Below, one piece after another: positions 53,679 to 64,000 of a stretch of 64,000 nt of DNA. Under the pieces are notes generated by a model. The model was not told the origin of the DNA and did no database searches. It saw nothing but the letters and a program-made list of their open reading frames with translations. The translations under genes were made by a program, and so were the position numbers. The DNA is taken from NCBI RefSeq assembly GCF_022846255.1, contig NZ_AP025682.1. The stretch is one strand, 5' to 3'. The DNA comes from Escherichia coli (lineage in GTDB: Bacteria; Pseudomonadota; Gammaproteobacteria; Enterobacterales; Enterobacteriaceae). Every line of letters starts with the position of its first letter. Position 1 is the first letter of the stretch.

Positions 53679-55031
53679 TTAACGAAACACCACTTCCGCC
53701 CAGCGTGCCAGCCCGGCGGTGACGGAGCCAAAGTCATCGCCACCTGCAATCGGAATGCCCGGCAACTGTTCTGTCAGCGCTTTTTTAATCAGCGGTGAAC
53801 GGGCGCTACCGCCGGTCAGATAGATAACATCCGGTTTTTCCTGGGCGTTATCCAGCGCCAGTTGCACCTGTTCCAGAATCCGCGCCAGTGGCTGGTTGAG
53901 GGCGCTTTCCAGCCCTTGCTGGCTAATCAGCGTAGCCAGTTCATCGCTGATAAACGGCAGTGAGGCGCGGGTTTCCGCTACGCTTGAAAGCGCAATTTTG
54001 CTCTCTTCTGCGCTACGTACCAGGCGATAGCTTAAACGCTGACGCCAGACTTTCTGTAACAGGGCCACTTTTTCCGGTTCGCGGGCATCGCGTACCAGAT
54101 CGTTAAGCAGACGACCGTTGGCACTACTGTAGAAATCACTTTGCGCAGGTACGTCGTTGATGGCAACCGCATTCCACCACGGCAGAATCGGCAGGGCGAT
54201 GCCTTTTTCGGTTTCGCCACCCATGCCCAGTAACGGCATCAGGTTCTTAAACGCCAGTGCGATATCCAGATCGTTACCACCAATACGGCAACCACTGTGA
54301 CCCAGCAGGCTGGCTTCACGATCGAGACGCGAACGCCACTGCGGCCCCATCAGCAGCAATGAACAGTCAGTCGTACCACCGCCGATATCCACCACCAGCA
54401 CCCGTTTTTCTTCCTGCAAGGTGGCTTCGTAATCCAGCCCAGCCGCCACCGGCTCGTACTGGAATACCACGTCCTTAAACCCGGCACGCTTCGCTGCGCG
54501 CTCCAGAATCCCTTGTGCCTGGGCGTTTGCTTCATCGCCGCCCAGCCCCTGGAAGTTGATCGGGCGACCAATCACCGCCTGGGTAATTGCCTCCGGCAAT
54601 TGCGCCTGCGCCTGCTGGCGAATGTGCAACATCATTGCGCAGACCAGATCCTCAAACAGCGCTACCTGCTGCGGTTTTAAGCCGCTGGCACCGAGGAACG
54701 ATTTTGGTGATTTCACAAACCACACTTCTTCTGGATCATCAATGTACTGTGCCAGTGAGGAAAGACCGAACTGCACGCTTTTCGCCGTAACATCGATATC
54801 TTCTTCGCGGTTATAACGAATCGCCCGACGCAGCAGCGCCTGCGTTTCATCGTCGTCTGCCGGAACATCATGATAGCGGTACAGCCATTCGCTTACCGCT
54901 TCACGCGTTGGCGCGCAAAGCATTGAAGGCAGCAGCGTGCTGTCGTTTTCCATTTTCAGTAATTGCGGCTTACCGTCGCGCATGACCGCCACTGAACAGT
55001 TTGCTGTACCGTAATCAAAACCAATAAACAC
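53679..55031 (-). CDS. yegD: Hsp70/actin-fold ATPase YegD
   Basis: 450 aa from a GTG start (VFIGFDYGTANCSVAV, DnaK-type phosphate-1 motif); the 471-aa track ORF is an extension. Confidence 0.88.
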   Translation of the reverse strand: MFIGFDYGTANCSVAVMRDGKPQLLKMENDSTLLPSMLCAPTREAVSEWLYRYHDVPADDDETQALLRRAIRYNREEDIDVTAKSVQFGLSSLAQYIDDPEEVWFVKSPKSFLGASGLKPQQVALFEDLVCAMMLHIRQQAQAQLPEAITQAVIGRPINFQGLGGDEANAQAQGILERAAKRAGFKDVVFQYEPVAAGLDYEATLQEEKRVLVVDIGGGTTDCSLLLMGPQWRSRLDREASLLGHSGCRIGGNDLDIALAFKNLMPLLGMGGETEKGIALPILPWWNAVAINDVPAQSDFYSSANGRLLNDLVRDAREPEKVALLQKVWRQRLSYRLVRSAEESKIALSSVAETRASLPFISDELATLISQQGLESALNQPLARILEQVQLALDNAQEKPDVIYLTGGSARSPLIKKALTEQLPGIPIAGGDDFGSVTAGLARWAEVVFR

Positions 55032-55164
55032 GAAATAATCCCCATGCCGGTGAAGAAGGGGCGAGACTTTAGCGAAATGTTGCCGTCGCGACAACCGGAA
55101 TATGAAAGCAAAGCGTAGCGTCTGAATAACGTTTATGCTGAAAGCGGATTAAAAAGGAGATGCG

Positions 55165-56013
55165 ATGTATACCCTGAACTGGCAGCCGCCATATGACTGG
55201 TCGTGGATGTTGGGATTTCTCGCCGCCCGTGCGGTGAGCGGTGTGGAAACGGTTGCGGACGATTATTATGCCCGTAGTCTGGCGATGGGCGAATATCGCG
55301 GCGTGGTGACTGCTATTCCGGATATAGCCAGCCATACTCTGCACATAAATTTAAGTGCAGGTTTAGAACCTGTTGCCGCTGAGTGTCTGGCGAAAATGAG
55401 CCGCCTGTTTGATTTGCAATGTAACCCGCAGATTGTTAACGGTGCGTTGGGCAAGTTAGGCGCGGCGCGGCCCGGATTGCGTTTACCCGGCAGTGTTGAT
55501 GCTTTTGAGCAGGGCGTGCGGGCGATTTTAGGCCAACTGGTGAGCGTGGCGATGGCGGCAAAATTGACCGCCAGAGTGGCACAGCTTTATGGCGAAAGGC
55601 TGGATGATTTTCCGGATTATGTCTGCTTCCCCACGCCTCAGCGGCTGGCAGCAGCAGATCCGCAGGCATTAAAAGCGTTAGGTATGCCGTTGAAACGGGC
55701 AGAGGCGCTGATTCATCTGGCAAATGCGGCGCTGGAGGGCACCTTACCAATGACAATACCGGGCGATGTGGAGCAGGCGATGAAAACGCTGCAAACTTTT
55801 CCGGGTATCGGGCGCTGGACGGCGAATTATTTCGCCTTGCGCGGCTGGCAGGCGAAAGATGTTTTCCTGCCGGATGATTATCTGATTAAACAGCGATTTC
55901 CGGGAATGACACCGGCACAAATCCGCCGTTATGCCGAACGCTGGAAGCCCTTGCGTTCTTATGCGCTGTTGCATATCTGGTATACGGAAGGCTGGCAACC
56001 AGACGAAGCATGA
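55165..56013 (+). CDS. alkA: DNA-3-methyladenine glycosylase II
   Basis: 282 aa, MYTLNWQPPYDWSWMLGFLAARAVSGVETV; HhH-GPD segment (FPGIGRWTANYFALRG). Confidence 0.95.
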   Translation: MYTLNWQPPYDWSWMLGFLAARAVSGVETVADDYYARSLAMGEYRGVVTAIPDIASHTLHINLSAGLEPVAAECLAKMSRLFDLQCNPQIVNGALGKLGAARPGLRLPGSVDAFEQGVRAILGQLVSVAMAAKLTARVAQLYGERLDDFPDYVCFPTPQRLAAADPQALKALGMPLKRAEALIHLANAALEGTLPMTIPGDVEQAMKTLQTFPGIGRWTANYFALRGWQAKDVFLPDDYLIKQRFPGMTPAQIRRYAERWKPLRSYALLHIWYTEGWQPDEA

Positions 56014-56020
56014 CGTTGGT

Positions 56021-56104
56021 CGCCGGATGCGGTGCGAGCGCCTTATCCGGCCTGGGGAATGAGCGATTTGTAGGCATGATAAGACGCGTTAGCGTCGCAT
56101 CAGG
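56021..56104. repeat. two REP elements
   Basis: GCCGGATGCGGTGCGAGCGCCTTATCCGGC and GCATGATAAGACGCGTTAGCGTCGCATCAGGC. Confidence 0.5.
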
Positions 56105-56121
56105 CAATGGGCAACGCTCCC

Positions 56122-59100
56122 TCAGTTAATCGCGAAATAACTGCTATTCACCAGCAAATCCAGTGGTTGGGCATCGGCAATCATATCGCCATAAATCAGA
56201 TCGACGCCGATGCCAGAAAGCGTATCCATCACCAGGGGTAAAACTACTGGCCCGGCGATGGTCTTCATCCCGAGCCGCTGAGCGTGCCCCTGAATGATCG
56301 TAATCAGCATCTCATCCATCAAATTTCCCTGCACATTGGCGCATAACTCACCATCAAGTAGCAGGTAATCTGCCATATTCGCTTTCAGCGAGTTGAAGAT
56401 TTGCAGATCGCGGCCCACCTGACTGAATACGATCCGACATCCCGCCAGCCGCAGTTTTTGCACGCTTTCTGCGTGATCTAAAATCGCGTCTGCCGGAATA
56501 ATCAGATGTAATAACCGTGGGGGTAGAGGGCTATTTTCCAGCTGCTCAATTAGTTCATTCACCAGCGTGGCGCTACTCAAACCGGCAACGGAAAGGGGGA
56601 GGGCGATACTTAAGCCTTTACTGGCAATCGCTTTTGCGGCCTGCTGGAAAAAATCGTGGAATACCCGTCGGTCAAGAGCATGGCTAAGTGCCGGATCGCT
56701 GAAGCTACGACGAAATGTTTGTTCATCAATAATCTCGCCTTCGCAACTCCAGAGCTTAAGTGAAATCAGCCACAAATTACGTGCTTCCGGGATCCGCGGC
56801 GAAGCGACACCGTGGGCGATCATCATCAACTGATTTTCTTTAATCATCCGCCACTGTTCATCAAGCGATATCGCCGCCCGTTCGCTATGTGTGGCAGCTT
56901 GCTGCGGTTCGTAAATCGTCACCCGGCCCCGTCCACCATTTTTGGAGGCATAACAGGCGATATCAGCCTGCGACATCACTTCAGCTGCCTGATGATTGTT
57001 GTCATCAATCAAGGTAATCCCGGCACTGGCACCTACCCGATGTACTCGTCCTTCCCAGATAAAGTGATAGTCATTAACGGCGCTGATAATGCGTGTAGCG
57101 ATAAAACGCGCACTTTCGACATTACAGTCTGGCAGCAGCAGACCAAATTCATCGCCACCGAGTCGCGCCAGCACGTCGCTGGAGCGCAGCATACTCAGCA
57201 TCAATGACGCCAGTTCGCGCAACAAAGCGTCGCCAGCGGCGTGCCCGGCGCTGTCATTCACCGCTTTAAAGCGATCAAGATCGATAAACACCAGTGCATG
57301 TCGCTGATGTGTACTGTTTACCGTTTGCAGCAGGATGCGTAGTTGCTTCTCAAAACTGGCGCGATTGGCGAGATGCGTCAGTGCATCATGGGAGGCGCTG
57401 TAGCTCAGCTGGCGCAGCATTTTACGTGATTCGGTGACGTCCTGAATCACCAGAACCGAGCCTATATTGCTGCCGTCCAGAGTACTTAACGGCGTAATAC
57501 TGTAATGCACGTCGTAGCTGCCGCCGCTTCGGCAGTGCAACACCACATCTTGTTCAATCGCGGAACGTGAGGTGTCGGCACTGTAAATGTTCTCCATTAA
57601 TGGTCCGTTGTCGCCAAAAGTAATATGCAACACCGTCAGGAGCGGAACACCTAACGCTTCTTCCTGCGTCCAGCCGCTCATCTTCTCCGCCACCGGATTC
57701 ATAAAGGTAATTTTCATTGCCATATCAATACAGACCACGGCTTCGCCGATGGAATCAAGCGTAATGTGCAGGCGCTCTTTTTCCTGAAACAATGCCTCGT
57801 TAAGCTGTTTCACTTCGGTCATATCCATATTAATGCCGAGCAGGCGTTCGACTTCGCCTTCTTTATTCAGTACCCGGTTGGCGAGGGCGCGGATATGGCG
57901 AATGCCGTCTTTCACGGTAATGCGAAATTCCAGTTTAAAGGGAGAGCGTGATTGCAATGAATCGCGAATCACTTTTTCGGCGTGCTGGCGATCTTCCGGC
58001 AGTACGCACTCGTACCACACCTGCCAGTTCGGTTTGATATGCGGAGGAATTTCATACAGCTCGAACATCCGCTTATCCCAGCTAAAAATATTCGGCTTTA
58101 GCTCCCACTCCCAGATGCCAATCCCGCCCGCTTCGTTAGCCAGCGTGATGCGCTCCATCAGTTGCTGGTTCACCTGTTCGGTGCGTTTTAGCTCGTTAAT
58201 GTCTTCAATCTGAGCGATAAAATAGAGCGGCGTACCATCGGTGTGGCGCACCAGTGAGACGGCAAGCAACGCCCAGACAACATCGCCATTGCGGTTGTAG
58301 TAGCGTTTTTCCATTGAATAGGTGTTTATTTCACCGCTGATCAGCTTTTCAACCTGTTGCAGATCTTTATTGAGATCCTCCGGCCAGGTCAGTTGCTGAA
58401 AGGTGAGTCCGCGCAGCTCTTCCTGACTGTAACCGAGAAACTGGCAGAGTGCTTTGTTGGATTGCAGCCATTGTCCCTCGGTGCCCACTAATGCCATGCC
58501 GATGGCGGAATATTCCATGGCATTACGAAAACGGGTTTCGCTTTCGGAAATGTGTTTGCGTTCCGCACGAAAGGCATACATCACCATGGTCATGATGTTG
58601 GCGGGCAGCAGGATCAGCAAAAACGGTAGCCACGGCATATGGCTCATCAGGTATGTACGCGGCGTAGCAAGCAGGGAGGGATCCGCGGCCATCATCAGTG
58701 ACACCATCATCACCGTGGTAAGGAAGATCAAAAAGGCTTCCATTCGTGGCAGGCGCACGGCGCTCCACATCAACAGCACAATAATGAAAGTAAAAGGCCA
58801 CGGCAGATACAGCATCGAAAGCCAGCTTAACGTCAGTGTGATGGCTAACGTGAGCAGCGACTCAAAAAGCAACCGTGGGTTGCGATGGCGCAGCAGATAG
58901 TGTGGTTTAAATAACAATCCCAGCGGCACCAGTGCCAGTGCGCCGATGGATTCTGACAGTACCCATATCAAAAATGCCCTGAGAGGATCGTCTCCGGGCG
59001 TCAGCAGGACAACCAGAACACCCCCCAACAGAGGCGGAATAATGGCGCTGCCGAGTGCCAGACGCAGCCAGTCAGCCAGATTTTGCAAGGGGTTATACCA

Positions 59101-59439
59101 CGGCAGCAATTTACGTAGCAGCACTGCCCCGACCACGGCTTCAACAATATTGATGGTCGTCCAGGTCATGTTCAGCGAGCTGGTGGAAAAAAGCAGGATG
59201 GATGCGGCGATATTTCCCAGCGAGCAGCTCAGCGCAATTCCCGGCCACATGCGCCCGGCATGGCGATAAAACGCCACCATCATGATGGACGTCGGGAACC
59301 ACAGTGGGGCGAGTTGGGTGCCAAACTGCGAAAGCTCAAGTGAGAAAAGGGTGAAGATAAACGAGACTAAACCTAAACTGACCAGGTGAAGCAGCGGGTG
59401 GGGCAGGGCAATTAATACATGCTGTGATTGTTTGCTCAT
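56122..59439 (-). CDS. dgcE: diguanylate cyclase DgcE (YegE): MASE1 - PAS x3 - GGDEF - degenerate EAL
   Basis: 1105 aa; N-terminal polytopic domain, PAS repeats, RLGGDEF motif (ARLGGDEFGLL), C-terminal EAL-like domain. Confidence 0.95.
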   Translation of the reverse strand: MSKQSQHVLIALPHPLLHLVSLGLVSFIFTLFSLELSQFGTQLAPLWFPTSIMMVAFYRHAGRMWPGIALSCSLGNIAASILLFSTSSLNMTWTTINIVEAVVGAVLLRKLLPWYNPLQNLADWLRLALGSAIIPPLLGGVLVVLLTPGDDPLRAFLIWVLSESIGALALVPLGLLFKPHYLLRHRNPRLLFESLLTLAITLTLSWLSMLYLPWPFTFIIVLLMWSAVRLPRMEAFLIFLTTVMMVSLMMAADPSLLATPRTYLMSHMPWLPFLLILLPANIMTMVMYAFRAERKHISESETRFRNAMEYSAIGMALVGTEGQWLQSNKALCQFLGYSQEELRGLTFQQLTWPEDLNKDLQQVEKLISGEINTYSMEKRYYNRNGDVVWALLAVSLVRHTDGTPLYFIAQIEDINELKRTEQVNQQLMERITLANEAGGIGIWEWELKPNIFSWDKRMFELYEIPPHIKPNWQVWYECVLPEDRQHAEKVIRDSLQSRSPFKLEFRITVKDGIRHIRALANRVLNKEGEVERLLGINMDMTEVKQLNEALFQEKERLHITLDSIGEAVVCIDMAMKITFMNPVAEKMSGWTQEEALGVPLLTVLHITFGDNGPLMENIYSADTSRSAIEQDVVLHCRSGGSYDVHYSITPLSTLDGSNIGSVLVIQDVTESRKMLRQLSYSASHDALTHLANRASFEKQLRILLQTVNSTHQRHALVFIDLDRFKAVNDSAGHAAGDALLRELASLMLSMLRSSDVLARLGGDEFGLLLPDCNVESARFIATRIISAVNDYHFIWEGRVHRVGASAGITLIDDNNHQAAEVMSQADIACYASKNGGRGRVTIYEPQQAATHSERAAISLDEQWRMIKENQLMMIAHGVASPRIPEARNLWLISLKLWSCEGEIIDEQTFRRSFSDPALSHALDRRVFHDFFQQAAKAIASKGLSIALPLSVAGLSSATLVNELIEQLENSPLPPRLLHLIIPADAILDHAESVQKLRLAGCRIVFSQVGRDLQIFNSLKANMADYLLLDGELCANVQGNLMDEMLITIIQGHAQRLGMKTIAGPVVLPLVMDTLSGIGVDLIYGDMIADAQPLDLLVNSSYFAIN

Positions 59440-59756
59440 TACCGCTTTATCCGCAAGGCCAGGTCGCCAGTATTCGTTTCTGTGTTTATGCTAGTACAAA
59501 AGTTTTACATTTTATATGCGAATTGCTCATAAAGTGACGTAAAGGCGGATAATTTGCGCAACTGCGTATAACATTTTTTACCTTGTATAAAACTGATCAA
59601 CGTAATTTGCCACCGGGAATTCTTCGTCAACAATTAACTCTGAGCGCGCGGCAACGCTATTCGACTGGTATCAGGCGGATGAAATCCCTATAATTGCCGC
59701 GTTTGGCGCTTCGTCGCCCCCTTCCTAACATCCAGGTTAATCAGGTCGCTAAATAT

Positions 59757-60398
59757 ATGACTGATCAGTCTCATCAGTGCGTCATTATCGGTATCGCTGG
59801 CGCATCGGCTTCCGGCAAGAGTCTTATTGCCAGTACCCTTTATCGTGAATTACGTGAGCAAGTCGGTGATGAACACATCGGCGTAATTCCCGAAGACTGC
59901 TATTACAAAGATCAAAGCCATCTGTCGATGGAAGAACGCGTTAAGACCAACTACGACCATCCCAGCGCGATGGATCACAGCCTGCTGCTTGAGCATTTAC
60001 AAGCGTTGAAACGCGGCTCGGCAATTGACCTGCCGGTTTACAGCTATGTTGAACATACGCGTATGAAAGAAACGGTGACGGTTGAGCCGAAGAAGGTCAT
60101 CATTCTCGAAGGCATTTTGTTGCTGACGGATGCGCGTTTGCGTGACGAACTTAACTTCTCCATTTTCGTTGATACCCCGCTGGATATCTGCCTGATGCGC
60201 CGCATCAAGCGTGACGTTAACGAGCGTGGGCGTTCAATGGATTCAGTGATGGCGCAATATCAAAAAACCGTGCGTCCGATGTTCCTGCAATTCATTGAGC
60301 CTTCTAAACAATATGCGGACATTATCGTGCCGCGCGGCGGGAAAAACCGCATCGCCATCGATATATTGAAAGCGAAAATAAGTCAGTTCTTTGAATAA
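59757..60398 (+). CDS. udk: uridine/cytidine kinase
   Basis: 213 aa from [23 protein letters not shown] (P-loop). Confidence 0.95.
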
Positions 60399-60489
60399 GC
60401 TTGATAAATTGTGTACCGTTCAGTGATAACCTGGTATGCCCTTGACGTAATTGGCGTTAAGGGAGTGATGCGCGAAAGGAGAAAATGCC

Positions 60490-61071
60490 ATGCGTCTGTG
60501 TGACCGAGATATTGAAGCCTGGCTTGATGAAGGCCGTTTGTCGATCAACCCACGTCCGCCAGTGGAGCGTATTAACGGCGCGACGGTGGATGTGCGCCTG
60601 GGCAATAAATTTCGTACCTTCCGTGGTCACACGGCTGCGTTTATCGATCTGAGCGGTCCCAAAGATGAAGTGAGCGCCGCGCTTGACCGCGTGATGAGCG
60701 ATGAGATCGTACTCGATGAAAGCGAGGCGTTTTATCTTCACCCAGGAGAGCTGGCGCTGGCGGTGACGCTGGAGTCGGTGACGCTGCCAGCCGATCTGGT
60801 GGGATGGCTGGACGGTCGTTCCTCACTGGCGCGTCTGGGGCTTATGGTGCACGTCACCGCGCACCGTATCGATCCGGGCTGGTCTGGCTGTATTGTGCTG
60901 GAGTTCTACAACTCCGGTAAGCTGCCGCTGGCGCTGCGTCCGGGCATGTTAATTGGTGCGCTGAGCTTTGAGCCGCTTTCCGGCCCGGCGGCGCGACCTT
61001 ACAACCGCCGTGAAGATGCGAAATATCGCAACCAGCAGGGCGCGGTAGCCAGTCGAATCGATAAAGACTAA
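60490..61071 (+). CDS. dcd: dCTP deaminase
   Basis: 193 aa, [23 protein letters not shown]. Confidence 0.95.
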   Translation: MRLCDRDIEAWLDEGRLSINPRPPVERINGATVDVRLGNKFRTFRGHTAAFIDLSGPKDEVSAALDRVMSDEIVLDESEAFYLHPGELALAVTLESVTLPADLVGWLDGRSSLARLGLMVHVTAHRIDPGWSGCIVLEFYNSGKLPLALRPGMLIGALSFEPLSGPAARPYNRREDAKYRNQQGAVASRIDKD

Positions 61072-61092
61072 TTCAGGCCCATTGAGGATACC

Positions 61093-62946
61093 ATGAGACG
61101 ATTTCTGACGACGCTGATGATACTCCTGGTCGTGCTGGTGGCCGGGTTATCTGCGTTAGTGTTGCTGGTGAATCCGAATGATTTCCGCGACTATATGGTC
61201 AAGCAAGTTGCTGCACGTAGCGGTTATCAATTGCAGCTCGACGGGCCACTGCGTTGGCACGTCTGGCCGCAGCTTAGTATCCTCTCCGGGCGAATGTCTC
61301 TCACTGCCCAGGGCGCGAGCCAGCCACTGGTTCGCGCAGACAACATGCGTCTGGACGTGGCGCTTTTACCACTGCTGAGTCATCAACTGAGCGTTAAGCA
61401 GGTGATGCTAAAAGGGGCAGTGATCCAACTGACGCCGCAGACGGAAGCGGTGCGCAGTGAAGACGCTCCGGTTGCACCGCGCGACAATACCTTGCCGGAT
61501 CTGTCAGACGATCGCGGATGGTCGTTTGATATATCCAGTCTTAAGGTGGCGGACAGCGTGCTGGTGTTCCAGCATGAAGATGACGAGCAGGTGACAATCC
61601 GCAATATCCGCCTGCAAATGGAACAAGATCCCCAACATCGTGGCTCATTTGAGTTTTCCGGGCGGGTTAATCGCGATCAGCGCGATCTCACGATATCCCT
61701 TAACGGTACGGTGGATGCTTCTGATTATCCGCATGATTTAACGGCGGCTATTGAACAAATTAACTGGCAGTTGCAGGGTGCCGATTTACCAAAACAAGGT
61801 ATTCAGGGGCAGGGGAGTTTCCAGGTCCAGTGGCAGGAGTCACATAAACGCCTTTCATTTAACCAAATTAGTTTGACCGCCAATGACAGTACGCTGAGCG
61901 GGCAAGCACAGGTCACGTTGACAGAGAAACCGGAATGGCAGCTGAGACTGCAATTCCCGCAACTGAATCTTGACAACCTCATCCCCCTTAATGAAACAGC
62001 GAATGGTGAGAACGGTGCCGCGCAGCAAGGGCAGAGCCAATCAACGTTGCCGCGCCCGGTCATTTCTTCGCGTATTGATGAACCGGCCTATCAGGGACTG
62101 CAAGGCTTTACGGCTGATATTTTGTTGCAGGCCAGTAACGTGCGCTGGCGCGGAATGAATTTTACAGATGTTGCCACGCAAATGACCAACAAGTCGGGTT
62201 TGCTGGAAATTACTCAACTGCAGGGCAAACTTAACGGTGGACAGGTTTCACTGCCGGGCACGCTGGACGCGACATCAATAAATCCGCGGATAAACTTCCA
62301 GCCACGGCTGGAAAACGTTGAGATTGGCACCATTCTGAAGGCGTTTAACTATCCGATTTCGTTGACCGGAGAGATGTCACTGGCTGGTGATTTCTCCGGT
62401 GCTGACATAGATGCCGACGCATTCCGCCACAACTGGCAAGGACAGGCACATGTCGAAATGACCGACACACGCATGGAAGGGATGAACTTCCAGCAGATGA
62501 TTCAGCAAGCGGTAGAACGTAATGGTGGTGATGTGAAGGCCGCTGAAAACTTCGATAACGTGACGCGTCTTGACCGCTTTACCACCGATTTGACGTTGAA
62601 GGATGGCGTCGTGACGTTAAACGACATGCAAGGTCAATCGCCAGTGCTGGCGCTGACAGGGGAAGGCATGTTGAATCTGGCAGATCAAACCTGTGACACC
62701 CAGTTTGATATTCGGGTCGTGGGTGGCTGGAACGGGGAAAGCAAACTGATTGATTTCCTCAAAGAAACGCCAGTACCGCTGCGGGTTTATGGCAACTGGC
62801 AGCAACTTAATTACAGCCTGCAAGTGGATCAGTTACTGCGTAAACATCTACAGGATGAAGCAAAACGCCGTCTTAACGACTGGGCCGAGCGGAATAAAGA
62901 TTCCCGCAATGGCAAAGATGTGAAGAAGTTGCTGGAGAAGATGTAG
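61093..62946 (+). CDS. asmA: AsmA (outer-membrane assembly / lipid transport, AsmA-like family)
   Basis: 617 aa with N-terminal TM anchor MRRFLTTLMILLVVLVAGLSALVLLV. Confidence 0.95.
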   Translation: MRRFLTTLMILLVVLVAGLSALVLLVNPNDFRDYMVKQVAARSGYQLQLDGPLRWHVWPQLSILSGRMSLTAQGASQPLVRADNMRLDVALLPLLSHQLSVKQVMLKGAVIQLTPQTEAVRSEDAPVAPRDNTLPDLSDDRGWSFDISSLKVADSVLVFQHEDDEQVTIRNIRLQMEQDPQHRGSFEFSGRVNRDQRDLTISLNGTVDASDYPHDLTAAIEQINWQLQGADLPKQGIQGQGSFQVQWQESHKRLSFNQISLTANDSTLSGQAQVTLTEKPEWQLRLQFPQLNLDNLIPLNETANGENGAAQQGQSQSTLPRPVISSRIDEPAYQGLQGFTADILLQASNVRWRGMNFTDVATQMTNKSGLLEITQLQGKLNGGQVSLPGTLDATSINPRINFQPRLENVEIGTILKAFNYPISLTGEMSLAGDFSGADIDADAFRHNWQGQAHVEMTDTRMEGMNFQQMIQQAVERNGGDVKAAENFDNVTRLDRFTTDLTLKDGVVTLNDMQGQSPVLALTGEGMLNLADQTCDTQFDIRVVGGWNGESKLIDFLKETPVPLRVYGNWQQLNYSLQVDQLLRKHLQDEAKRRLNDWAERNKDSRNGKDVKKLLEKM

Positions 62947-62965
62947 GTTACCAGGTGACCTGTCC

Positions 62966-63008
62966 TGTAGGCCTGATAAGACGCGTAAAGCGTCGCATCA
63001 GGCCTACA
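62966..63008. repeat. REP-type palindromic element
   Basis: TGTAGGCCTGATAAGACGCGTAAAGCGTCGCATCAGGCCTACA. Confidence 0.5.
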
Positions 63009-63013
63009 TGCCA

Positions 63014-64000
63014 TCACACCTCGTACTCCATCTCGCCATCCTTATGCAGCGGAATAATCTGTACCTTCTGCACGCGATGGCTTTCCACCTGCAACGTTTT
63101 AAGCAAATAATTCCCCACCTGAACTTCTTCGCCAGGTTTTGGAATACGTTGCAAATATTCCATCAATAGCCCGGCAATGGTGTGATATTCACGTTTTTCA
63201 TCCAGCGGCAACGGCACATATTGCACCAGATCTTCCAGCGGCATATGACCATTCGCCGTCCAGGAACCGTCCGCATTCTTCTGAATATCATGGCGGGCGT
63301 CGATCTCTTCCACTTCGTTCGGTAAGTTACCGGCAATGGTTTCAGTGACGTCACTTAATGTCACAATCCCTTCCACCGAGCCAAACTCATCCACCACAAA
63401 AGCAAAGTGTGTGCGGGCATTACGGAACTGCTCCAGGGCAGGTAACAACGGCAAGGTTTCCGGGAACACCAGCGGCTGACGAATCAACACCCGCAGGTTG
63501 AGCGGTTCGCCGCGCAGTGACTGTTGTAACAGGTCGATAACGTGAACAACACCGAGCAAATCTTCTGCGTCATCGCCATCAGTAACAACAAGCCGCGTAT
63601 GCTGATTTCGCTCCAGTAACTGGCGGATCTCGTCTTCCGGCGCGTTGAGATCGATATGCTCAATATCGTGGCGCGACGTCATAATGCTGCTGACGGTACG
63701 CTGGTTAAGATTAAGTACCCGCTCAATCATCCGCCGTTCCTGCGGATTAAAGATCTGCTGGTTACCATGATCCACCAGCATGGACGCGGTTTCGGCGTCC
63801 AGTTCCGCATCTTCTTTTTGCCCGCTAAGCAGGCGCATTACCGCTTCGGTAGTCCGCTGGCGCAGTGTCTGGTTAGCGGAAAGAAAACGTCGCCGGTTAA
63901 AGATAGCCAACTGATTGAGTGCCTCGATCATCACCGAGAAACCAATGGCAGCGTACAGGTAGCCTTTCGGAATGACGAAGCCGAAACCTTCCGCCACCAG
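63014..64000 (-). CDS. yegH: YegH, C-terminal part only (CBS pair plus CorC/HlyC transporter-associated domain); the gene continues beyond the window
   Basis: Open frame runs to the window edge; the leading Met in the track ORF is internal. CBS-like and CorC_HlyC-like C-terminus; position next to asmA. Confidence 0.85.
   Translation of the reverse strand: MVAEGFGFVIPKGYLYAAIGFSVMIEALNQLAIFNRRRFLSANQTLRQRTTEAVMRLLSGQKEDAELDAETASMLVDHGNQQIFNPQERRMIERVLNLNQRTVSSIMTSRHDIEHIDLNAPEDEIRQLLERNQHTRLVVTDGDDAEDLLGVVHVIDLLQQSLRGEPLNLRVLIRQPLVFPETLPLLPALEQFRNARTHFAFVVDEFGSVEGIVTLSDVTETIAGNLPNEVEEIDARHDIQKNADGSWTANGHMPLEDLVQYVPLPLDEKREYHTIAGLLMEYLQRIPKPGEEVQVGNYLLKTLQVESHRVQKVQIIPLHKDGEMEYEV

Overview
This window reads as Escherichia coli chromosome, inverted relative to the K-12 map: yehK-like ORF, yehI, molR, metG, mrp, yehEDCBA fimbriae, rcnBAR, thiMD with TPP riboswitch, yegXWVUT, fbaB, gatYZABCD-gatR, yegS, yegR, CyaR, yegQ, a parDE-like toxin-antitoxin pair, yegP, baeRS-mdtDCBA, two ibs/sib loci, yegL-pphC-yegI, yegD, alkA, dgcE, udk, dcd, asmA and partial yegH. 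All calls come from reading the translations and motifs; no database search or alignment was run. Apparent differences from K-12, recalled from memory: molR and gatR are intact, a ParDE-like cassette sits between yegQ and yegP, no P2 remnant lies near CyaR, and the left 500 bp carry a small SD-driven ORF instead of yehL. The best candidates for an under-described system are the vWA / PP2C phosphatase / Ser-Thr kinase triad yegL-pphC-yegI (TerY-P-like), the tandem giant paralogs molR-yehI, the ParDE insertion, and the 29-codon toxin-like ORF at the left edge.
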